A DNA stretch of 64,000 nt from Phoronis australis (lineage: Eukaryota; Animalia; Phoronida). This document shows, piece by piece, positions 36,698 to 47,745 of this stretch (positions are counted from its first letter, which is position 1; each line of letters begins with the position of its first letter). The notes under the pieces are model-generated. The model searched no databases. It worked only from the letters and a program-made list of their open reading frames with translations, and was not told the DNA's origin. A program made the translations under genes and the position numbers. The stretch is taken from contig NMRA01000630.1 of the NCBI GenBank assembly GCA_002633005.1, positions 130,331 through 194,330 on the forward strand, given 5' to 3'.

Positions 36698-38763
36698 CTC
36701 AGCAGGCCGCCAATAGTACTCAAGGTCACACAGCATGATGTCCGCTGTCATTGGTCCGGCCAATAACAACACAAGAGGTTTTATCAATGGAGCTCGCGCA
36801 GCGCGAAGAAGTTCCTCAACAATTTACGGTTACTGTCCCTTTGTTTTCTCATATTCCGTTGCGGCTGGTGGCTAAGTTAGCCGAAATCAGAATTCCTTGG
36901 ACAAGACGAGGTTGTGCATGCCGGTCTTGAGGCTCGATCTAAGGCATCCGAGTACCTGCACGCGGGCACTAACATCTGTGCACAACTTCATTCGCTGCAC
37001 TTGTGTGTTCGTGTGGATATGGCCACCTAAAACAAAAATTCTGGTAAGTGATTTCGTTTCAGATATCGATTGAATGTGTGATTTAGCAAAATAATCTCTT
37101 CGCGATCCTAATAATTTCAATTAAAACCGATATGAATTACGTGTTCTGGTGTCAACAGCAACCTTATCAGGTTATTCCATGGCAACATCGCCTTGTTACT
37201 ATACCATTCGCTCGAATGCCGGAAAATTGGTTGGGGAAAACGCATGGACTACTACCCTGGCGGCTGTACTGTTTCTGTAGCTGAATCTAACCAACTAAGA
37301 CAAATTACTGATGGAGCCAATGTACGATGCATAAAAGTGACGAGTATGTGTAAACCAACTAACATCGACGTTGAACCGATGTCTATGGCAATATCGAGAT
37401 GTCAGTTCTTTTCAAACCCAAAAATTCTCAGTAATCTGCTCATGCAATATCCACGTTCATAACCCGAAATAGTACCATACACGTCGCATTAGATTATACT
37501 GCAACTCCTCTGTCCATCAACGGTCGGACAGGCCGCTAAATTGGAATTTTGTTTGCAGCATCGGATATATATATAGATATGTAGGAGTCGTACTTGGAAC
37601 ATCACTTTACAAGAATAGAAAATCACCTTTCCATTAACGTGTATTTTGTTGTTTAATTTTCACGGTTTACAATTTAAACTATTTTAAAATCACGCGCTAA
37701 TAGCAATCGGAATTTGATCATATATTGAAACTTGGAAGAAGAAAAGGTGGACACGTTGATATCTATTTTATGACGGTAGGTGGCGCAGAGCAATTTATAG
37801 AAGTTTCTCGCTTTGGCACTTGGAATACCGGGATTTTTTACCTGTCTTTGACGGCGATTCTACAATCTAGCAGAGGCGAAGTAGCTATGTAGACGAAGAT
37901 GTAACGATGCATATCTTGAAAGCTTAGTATGAGGTTACAAAGCTGACAATATATTTCCGATGGTAGCCACCCAGCCAAAACGAGATAAATCTTTCAAATA
38001 AAATATGGATGGCTTATATTAGAAGGAACGAATACAGGAGTCACATTGGGAGGATTTGCACAATTATTTCTCTTCTAGGTTCGCTCACGTGTCGCTCCTG
38101 TCCCGTCTTCTTATTATTTGCTGAAGATTAGACATTGTGCTGTATTCTATTGTTTTTTGTTGGCTGTTACCAAGCTTCGTTATTATTATTTATACTTTTT
38201 GCCTTTTCGTTAGACACTGAGTTCTTAACGACCTGTGACTTAGGTTCTGTTGTAGTTTCTAAACACCAGTTAAAATTATTGTCAAGACGAATAACTAGGC
38301 CTGCACTTTCACTCAGGGTGTTCGATGGAAACAGGAACCCCGGTGTAATTCAGATATCACGAACTCTGAAACAGACTTCTACACGCCTCGGGGATCAGAC
38401 ACGAAACCCGGAGAATTTTTCACATCTCCCGTTGTTAATATTTAGTTATTTTCAGATTGTTCAATAATTTCTCCAAAATATTTTCAAAAATTAAAACCAA
38501 AAATGATATTTCGACTTTCTATTACCATTGTTGATTTTAATCGATTAAAATTCTTTTAAAAATCTTTACAGTGTCGAGGGCGCAATTATTTTTGGCACAA
38601 TAAATATCCGGATTTTAAAATGGACCGCGAGAATTATTCACTCAGAATACCTGCACTGTTACCAATTTCACCGTTATTGTCCTCAAAAAGTTTGCTTCAA
38701 CTCCTCATTGATAATTAAAACGGAATTTGCGGAATTTCTGAACTCAACACAATCACATTCTTT

Positions 38764-39018
38764 TTTGGCGGACCACTGCTACAAAATTTGTTTTGAAATT
38801 CGGTTTTGCTGGTATTAAAGTACTAAAAGCTTGTAAAGAAGTGAAATCAGTTTCGATAATTTGTTGAGACATGCACGCATCCTCGTGGCCGAGAAGAAAA
38901 GTTGATTGAAAAATCGGGGAAAAGAAACTAGCCAATAGGTGACGTAATTCATGGCGATGAAAGCCGACGCAATAGTTTTTACCACAACTTTAGCAGCAGA
39001 ATAACGTAGAACGCCAAT
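38764..39018 (+). promoter_or_regulatory. putative cyclin-O-like promoter: E2F, CHR-like, CCAAT and CRE-like motifs
   Basis: TTTGGCGG 38764-38771, TTTGAA ~38792, CCAAT 38932 and 39014, TGACGTAA 38940-38947. Confidence 0.4.
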
Positions 39019-39548
39019 TCGTTGTTTAAAATTATCATATAGTGAAACAACAAATCGCAACAACTACTGGAAATAGGAAGATTTATTTTTCATTAAACAA
39101 TGTTCTACAGAAAATGCCCCGGTTTCCTATCCCTTCCCGGGGCTCCCGATTTAAAGGTCAGAGTTCGTACTTTTCGGACTGGTTCACTGTTTTGAAGGTG
39201 CCGGAGTTCAATTTCGACTGCGGGAGGTCTGTTTTCACCGAGGTCCCTGTTTCGGTGGAACACCCTGTTCATCGCGGCACTTTTGAGAACAGGCTGGTTG
39301 GCGGACCAAGGGTTGCATCCCGTGAAGAAAAACACTCACGAAGATGGGCTTGTGGAAAGAAAATACTTCGTTTCCTCCCAGTCTCTCGTGCACTCGCTTT
39401 GGTAACCGTCTACGCTAGTAAGGCCAAATTTACTAGGACATTTCACTCCTTTGATCTGGCGCTAAACTCGCTAGAAACTTACTCCACTGAACGCACCCTT
39501 AAAACGGTTCCTTCCGTAAACAAATGAGCATCAGTTATACTTGCAGGA

Positions 39549-42500
39549 ATGGACGTATCCGATGAGTGCTTGCGATGTCACGAAACTGACTTGGATGCGA
39601 GTTGTAGTCCAGCTGACAACGAGCAGGTGGGGCCAGGTAAACGCTCTTCAAAAAATTACTTCTGTCCTCCCAAGATAGCAGAGAACTATAAAATAAAGTA
39701 CATGTAGCTACATGTACACTTACCTCAACAAGGTGGAGACAACCTTCGTATTTGTAATGAATATTTGATTAAGCTTAGTCCATGGTATTTAAAGATTGAC
39801 TGCTTTATAAAACGAAGCAAACCTGTAAACTCCAGATTTATTAAAATTATTTCTAGATATTGGTGATTCAACTTGAGGAAATAAACAGAGCTTCAAAGTC
39901 TAAAACTTTTAATTTTAATTTTTGAATCCCTGACGGTACCCTATCGTGCAAAGCTGTACTGAATTCAAGTGCAACTGTATGGCTTTTGACGTGCAAAGCT
40001 GTACTGAATTCAAGTGCAACTGTATGGATTTTGACGTGCAAAGCTGTACTGAATTCAAGTGCAAATGTATGGCTTTTGGCGTGGTGGAGTCAACGGCATC
40101 GCGATTAGAGTCAAACTTTTTTCAGACGAGGTTCTCGCCTCAGAATCGAAAAACCAATCGCTGTACTCGGAGAGAAAAGCTGCCAATACCTACCGACGAG
40201 CTGCAAAAGAATGCCGACTCCTGGAACACGAGCACTTTGCGGACCTGTTGTCCGACATTTACCGTTACCAAAAAGATCTCGAACGGAAACATCCGGTTGA
40301 CTGTTTAAGAATGCAGCCACAGGTATGCCCTTAATAATATACTACCGTGAAATATCTTCAGTTTGCGACACAATATGGCTGACTATCAGCGAAATTTCCT
40401 ATTTGAAAATTCTCGAAAAAAGTAACAAATCTTCTAAGAGAGTTTTTCTTCTTTGTGTGCGTTTGTTATATGGTAGATCTGTGTTTAATATAAACTTTTT
40501 GAGTATTTCCAGGAATATAGTAATTCTTCGTTTCAACAATCTTGTGCCTACATATTTACACGCGGCTGCATTATGCCGACGTCCCGTCCTTTCGTCCATA
40601 CGTCCAGCGTTCAGTACTGATTCTCTTAAACCCATGGATGGAAATTCGTGAAATTTTGCAAATGTGTCGCAGCATCGGGACACATTGAGCAATGTTTATA
40701 TTCCTGTGATTGGTCACAGCGCCCCCTACGAAGAGCCTTTCACCTCAGAATAATCAGAGAGTGTACACAGTTGTCCATAAGTGGTACAACTCTACATAGT
40801 TGTATGCACAAAAATCGGTTAGCCAGTTTTCCAGAATCCCCTAAAGCCTACATTGTCGTATAGTGAGTGAGGTGAATTTTGAAATCATTCTGTAGTCGTC
40901 AGCAGCCTTCTAATTGTGCACAAGAGACGGATGATTTGAAACTTTTAAAATCAATAATCACAAACTATATCGGATTTATTACGCAAAAGGCAAGTACTAG
41001 CAGGAAGTTGAATACAGAAACGACGCTAGAGGCAGCATGAGCGACTCTGTGTCATGCACTTTGATGTGAAGTGAGCAGCCGGGTATTGTATTCTGTTCTA
41101 CTCTGTTTGACTAATGTACCTGAGGATGATACGTCGTTCATGCTACACCTTGCTGACGTTCTTTTGTAGTTTTCAACCTGATTTAGTCAAAAACTAAAAA
41201 TAGCTTTTAAAACTTCCGCACGCGTAGGCCTATTTGAACTAAATTCATATTGGACATCTAAGTATCTTTTGCATGCAGTGTGTTTTGAGTGTATTATTGC
41301 CTCTCTTTGTAGATTACAACGAAAATGAGAGAAATTGTTGTAATGTGGATCATTAGAACTGCGCATGCTCAGCGCGTGCAACTGAGTACCATCTTCTTGG
41401 CAGTGAATGTCATGGACCGATTTTTGAAAAAGATGGCCGTCGCCACCGACTGCTTACACTTGGTTGGGTTGACGTCCTTGCTGATCGCGGCAAAATACGT
41501 GAGAAGTTTTGTTAATCAGTGTAGAAGAATTCTTGGATAAGTGAAACGAGTCCGGGAAAATGCTGGATGCGTCATTTGACAATTTAGTTTCCTTTTGTTA
41601 GTGTTACAGCACAGCAAGACACATGTTCCTGGGAGTTGTTTCTATTTAAGTTGCAAATCACGTGTCTACTGGTTGACCAGTTACTCATAAGGTAACGGTC
41701 TAGCACAGTGTGCCTATCTTGCATTGGCGATATCTCGCAAAAGTGCCAGTGTCGGGAAGAGATTGCAGTGACCTCAGAGTTAAAATGACGTCAAGGAAAG
41801 TGACGTAAATGTGTACTTGTTCTCTTGTTATCCTTTGTCTCGCAAAAAGTCTGTTGGTCTACTGTTGTAAATCCATGCATGACACGAGAACTGTATGCGT
41901 CTGTGATCTTACTACCTTTCACTAAAGATAAAAAACAAGGGAACCTATGCTATGTAGGCCTAGTAGGGCCTACAAAGTAGAAAGTAATCAGACAAAGTAC
42001 CGTATTCCCCGTCACGGTGGCTAATTTTGTTAACAGCAAGAATGCTGGTAATTACTAGTAGGGTGCGTGAAAATTTTAATTTCAGAATGGCTTGTCCTCC
42101 TTACTAATTTTTGGTTGATTTTCTGTAATTCTCTGTCATTAGGGAAGGCCTACGTGACAAAATTCGGCTTCTAACCAATAGCCATAACGCCATCGTGACG
42201 AGTAATTCCGAGTTACTTTGTATGGATACACATTTGGCATGTACTATACCTAGCAAGTCAGTGTAAGCGTACACTCTGCTCGCAATTTTAGAAAGCTCTC
42301 CTTTGATGACGTCATGTATGTTTACATTAAACTGTTTCTTGCTTCTTTTGGGACGAGTAAGTTTGCAGAGTGAAGTTCTATTGGCCATTGTTTGGCCCGG
42401 GGATCTTGATTTATGGGCGACTGAACAAGATTTTATGATGCGTTTACCGACTTTGGTCTTACCTTAAGCTGACTAACAGGCCGATTATAAATTAATCATC

Positions 42501-43705
42501 GAATGAATGTTTGAATTTCAGCATGAAATATACCCACCGGAAATCAATGATCTTCTGCGATTGGTTGGCTGTGATAGGCCTAATAGATATGGCCGCGAAA
42601 GGGTGCTGAGACTGGAGGTGATAATGTTGTGTCGGCTGCAATTCGACTTGCACACTTCTACCCCGCTGTTCTTTTTAGAGTACCACGCCTCTTCCAGAAT
42701 ATGCCTGGCAAATCAGTCTCCCGAGTGGTTCTCGTGTTCCAGTTCGACAATCATGTACGTATGACAAAATCTTGAAGCCGACCTCGCATATTGGATCGAC
42801 CGTATCCCATACTCAAATGCCGTGACAATTCCCGCCGAGATTCGACTTATGCTGTCACTTTCAGATTCACTCCACAACGCCATGTTTGAACTAAAGTGCT
42901 TCCTTCAAGGGTTAATTTTCATTGTATAAAGCAGGGGCGGATCCAGGATTTTGAGTTAGGGGGGCCGGCAGGGCACAAGAATAACCAGAATTTCGGCAGA
43001 TGCGCTTGCCCAGCTTAAAATCTGGGGATACAGGGGAATTATTGGGTTTGCGGACCTGTTGACTAATGACTAAAAAAAAACGCGGAAAACGGGGTTTGGT
43101 CAGGGCCTATGCATTGTTTATTCGCCGGTTTATTCACCCCCCGAGCCACCGTGGTTGCGCGCACGTCCTAGTCAGCAATTCGCACCCGAACTCCCAAATG
43201 GTATCTGGTAGAATTTTAGGGGGGCCCTCTTGCCCTTCCTAAATCTGCCACTGTAAAGCAGTTGAAGGTTGGTAATTTTATTGTCCTTGTCGCGCTATGT
43301 ACTGTACGACACCAGACCTCACTTTATTTGTTTTGTCTACTTCTAATACAAAACTGACCTGTTTGCATTCTCTCTTGCAGTACAATACGTGCACTTGCAC
43401 GTTGCATTCTAGAAAGGTCATTACTCAATTACAACTTGATGCAACTTGCACCGTCTTTACTTGGAGTCGCAGCACTGGAACTAGCAGACAGGATTTTACA
43501 GACATCTACCAAACCATCTAATGAATGGCTTGAATTTGGACCACGTGACTTGAGGCACGAATTAACTGGAGGTTTCTCGATGGAACAACTTAGCCACTGT
43601 CTGAACGCAATGGATTCGATCGCCTCATTTTACGAGGACAATCCCAGAGAAGTTTTGACAGGAATTGGGAATGATCCTCACGTCTATGATCTTGGCGATT
43701 ACTGA
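39549..43705 (+). CDS. CCNO: cyclin-O-like protein, 5 coding exons, ~342 aa (true start uncertain)
   Basis: Exons 39549-39636, 40126-40322, 41313-41498, 42522-42754, 43381-43705 (1029 nt, phases consistent). Cyclin box QPQITTKMREIVVMW...LAVNVMDRFL...VATDCLHLVGLTSLLIAAKYHEIYPP; C-terminal fold TPLFFLEY, ALARCILERSL, APSLLGVAALELADRIL; closest to recalled CCNO (VAADCFQLLGVTSLLIACK, LALADRML). Confidence 0.78.
39945..40083. repeat. tandem repeat, 45-bp unit x 3
   Basis: CGTGCAAAGCTGTACTGAATTCAAGTGCAACTGTATGG(C/A)TTTTGA. Confidence 0.95.
42932..43253. mobile_element. MITE in cyclin intron 4, 5-bp TSD TAAAG
   Basis: TAAAG|CAGGGGCGGATCCAGGA ... TCCTAAATCTGCCACTG|TAAAG. Confidence 0.8.
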
Positions 43706-46700
43706 AAGAAAACAAAATCACAGTCGCATAATATGAAGGACTTTGTTAAGCGCCAAAGGACCCTCTAAAGAAGAACCCATGCTACTTTCGTTAATTTAAC
43801 TTAGTAAACATGTAAAGTGATGAAATATTTTGTGCGTAAAAATGGGTCCGGAAGTTCGTCACCTGTCTTGATCTCGAGGGCGAGCCCTAGAATATTTTTA
43901 CAGTTTCACAATGTTCTTTGGTGACAAAGTATAAAATGGATGCGCTTTGACAGTTTAACGCTTGGTAACGCCTGGTCTGCGATCTTCAGAAGATCAGCAA
44001 AATGGCAGCGAAACTTGGATATCTGTGATAATATTTAAAAGTTAAAATTTGGCAGTGTTTGTTTATTGGCAACAGGCAAGTGTTTATGATCTGAAAAAAT
44101 TATTGCTTATTTATTAATTTATTCCTTTATTTATTTATTTATTTACTCACTCATTTATCTGTGAAATATTTATTCTATTTACTGTGATTTATTTGGGTGG
44201 GAAAGGTTTCATTTTTGAAATTATTTGACTTAAAATTATTTGTTATTATAATAAATTGTTTTAGATGCAAATGTTCAAGTTGTTAGTCTGGTGTTCTGTT
44301 CTCACAAGTTTGATTACACCTCATCGTTAAACATTTCATGACTGGTTTGTATAGCTGAAGTCATCGTATCACTACATCATACAAATTCACCACATGCTCA
44401 TCGTACGAATTTCCAAATTTGACTTGAGCTGCTTTTGTGCATGGTCATGCCGAATGGTTACAAAGACACTCGCAAAACATCTTGACCACACGAGTAAAAG
44501 GAGAATGTTTTTCGAGTACGCTCGCGATATTATTCGCTCACAATAGCAAACTGGCGGTCACAGGTGATTGGTCGACCAGAATGTAATGTGGAATTATGGG
44601 ATTGGACTAATTGTTTAGGCCTCCCACTAAGGAAGAGTTCTCATTGCATGTGTTTAGCGAGTGCTTTGCATTTACGGAACGCGATCTCAAGCTCGCCAGA
44701 AACCTTGTCTTCCATCGACTACTTGGTAAGCAGAGTTTTAGGCCTGCAAACCGCAGGGCCCCATTTTTCACCTCGAAGATCTTAGTCCGATCGTGGCTAA
44801 TAAGGCAGTCGTAACTTTAAAATTACACACAGAAGTTCATACCTGTCCCTAAAGAACGGTCGTAAGGTCTTAATATAAAAATCAACGTGGCGGTGTCAAT
44901 CATTGCAATTAGGTGTATGGCTCTGATAAAAAATCAGTGTCGCGTTTGCAACAGCTACAGCCAAGAGCACAACTTTTTGTAATATTGTTGGCCACATGGG
45001 TGAACGTTACCTATCAGCTCGTAAACTACATGCGTAAGTAATTATTTTGCCGCGTAAAGTAACTTTTATCGGCGTAAAGTGGTTATTTACGCACGTAAAG
45101 TAATTAACTTTAATTTATATTTTAAACCACTTGATCAGTCATGAAACCGGTCTGTAATTGTTTCTCAGTCAAACTGGAGGTCATTTCAAGACATTATTTC
45201 GTAATTGGAGACGAGGTTTTACAGGTTGGGTTGTCACTAGATGCCAGCGTAGATTGATGCCAGTGTGCGCCGATAATACACAACCGTCAGTCCATTGCAA
45301 CGAGATGCAGAACTCAGTTACCCGACGGAACTTTGCGATAAGTGGCCTAAATTGAAAGTTCTTCTCTTGGATGAACGCGGTTTGAAGCGCTTGTAACGTT
45401 TTGTGTCTTAGAATTCCTTAACATCACCTTGAAAATCACTGCACATACACCTATGTGATGCATAACAGTAAACTGTTGACACTTTCTAATGATCTGAGCA
45501 AACTTCAGCCACGTTTATCACCCAACAGATGGTGTTGAGGACAGCTGTTGCCACTCGTACACGTGGATATGTGTAGTCTATGCGTAGTCTTAGTTGGCAA
45601 AGACACGTTGCGCGTCTACGGTGAAGTCGAGCACGTTGGCATTTTGAGTCTCCCAATTGAGGGTATACAATATTCCTTTGGTTTCAACTGAAATATCGCG
45701 TTCAGTGTCACGTTATGTAGTGTCGAACTAACGCCTCACACTCGTGAGGGAGAGATCTTTAAATCACATGTAGAGCTAAGTGGTTGGTCTACGAGGTTTG
45801 CTCCTTGGAGGTCACAGTATAATGACACAGAGACCCTTTTTGTCATCATTTAGTAACGGGTGCGAAAGGTGTGGGATGTGATAAAACTCACGGATAAGTC
45901 ACAGAAAACGCTCTTCATATTAGTTTATTTTGTCATTGTGTAAGGAGGCATGGAACTAGTAATAATACTTGTACATTTTTTAAACAGATCGTGGCGAATC
46001 TACTTCTTGGGTATGCTAGAATGTGAGTTAATTACTAATTGAATATTTCAAGAATATCTAGAAAAATATCAGATTTACTATTTTTGAAATCCAGAAGGAA
46101 TAACAACTTATTCATCCCAATACAGTTTTCAAATTCTTCACCCCTAATAATACATTATGCGTGCATGCGCTCAAAGAAGTCGGAATTCCGGCTAGCAGCT
46201 AGCCATTGTTTTGTTTACATCAAAGGTAAAAAGTCACATTTTCCGTATAAAGGAAATGTGCTTCGACTTTGTCTTGCCATACCAAATATGGAGTGGTGTT
46301 TTGTCGTTTGAGAGAAAAATCGATGAAGTGACGAGCAATTGACAGCTCGTGTTTGAAATTTGAAACTAAAGGAAATTTTTTTTGACATCAACAGAAATTC
46401 AAATTCTTTACAAACTGTGAAAATTCCCGGTGAACAGTTTGACATCTCTTTCAGTGACAGAAAACTGCAATTTAGTCTGTTTTTACTTCCAAATCATTTT
46501 AACGTTACAACTTTGATAATTATATTGAAGGTATACTTCTCAATGTTTTCAATGTTAAACGGGACATTTCTTTCGGTCCACGAATAATTTCTTGTGTTTT
46601 TTCAAACTGTGGGAACTGTTCAATATTTTCAGTATATTTTCAACTGTTTCAACTGGGTTTACTTTCAATCTACATAGAAGTACACTAGTAGTGCCGCAGA

Positions 46701-47745
46701 CTGTAGTTCTGGTTCACCCTGGATGGCCGCATGATTCGACCTGATGTTCTACTTTTCGCATTTATCCCCATAAACCCACCTTCTCGTATTTAGGGGGACT
46801 ATTAATGTCTCCGGGAATAGTCTGCTCGAATCAAAATGCGGTGACCGAGGGGAGGGGGGTTGGAAATATGTGACGGCCGGAAGCAATTTAAATTACTAAG
46901 TTATGTCTTCATTTCTTTGTATTACTTTCTATTATAAATGTTCTGCTGTAAGAGCAATACGTTCTTGTGCGGGAAAATGGTTTTCTTATTTTTTCATGGG
47001 ATTTTGAAAATTGTGACGCAAGCTAGTTGCTACAGAACAAGACTCGTGGCCGTTATGAATTTAGAAAAATTCTCTGCATAATACTTTTATTTGAACCAGG
47101 CAAGTTTCTGTACCCGTCTCTCAGCTTGTTCAACTACGTATCTAGATGGAGCGTGTCCAAATATTTGTTTGCAACTGCAATCATAATTAAATAAAGTATG
47201 CATTAAATTAGCCTGAATGAGCAGTTAACATGCTAAAATTAGTAATGCGGAATGAAAACGTTTTCACCGGTGTTGAGCCTCATATCTTCGCAAGCAAAGG
47301 CAACATATGCCATGTAATCGATTGGCCGCAAAATGTGAAAGCGTGGCATGAAAATTGAATAAAAGCCGCTCTCATCCAAAACCCATTTTATACACATCAA
47401 AAGACGATAAATTGTATACCACAGAACAGGAATCGATCATTTTAAAGGTGAGCTCATATCAGATAATCTCATTGTTCAGTTGGAGACTGACAAAAAGAAT
47501 ATTTTGTTGGATGCATGCATTGTATGATGCAGACATATTTACGAAAGTTTCTTTGAATATTTCAAAAATACATTAATCGTTGCATAAACGCTCTGAAACA
47601 CAACGCCGGCTGTAACTTTTGTACGATTCGTCTAACACACAAAAGGATAATCCTGTCGATTGCAGTGCCGTCAAAAACAGCATGTGTGATGCTGAAAGGC
47701 AACGGTTTAATACACGAAAACTTTACTGTTGATTTTCAGTACACT

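Noticed and set aside
43800-43900. SECIS element supporting Sec at TGA 39525
   Set aside because: A GTGATGAA/TTCGTCAC stem exists but lacks the ATGA...GA quartet geometry with apical AA
44050-44090. miR-34/449-like sequence TGGCAGTGTTTGTT downstream of the cyclin-O-like gene (also TGGCAGTGTC at 921)
   Set aside because: Only the seed region matches; the 3' part diverges and no pre-miRNA-length hairpin is evident
44447-44814. Possible second decayed THAP-like segment
   Set aside because: Only a vague resemblance (W...F.ECF...RDLK); Cys/His ligands not recoverable
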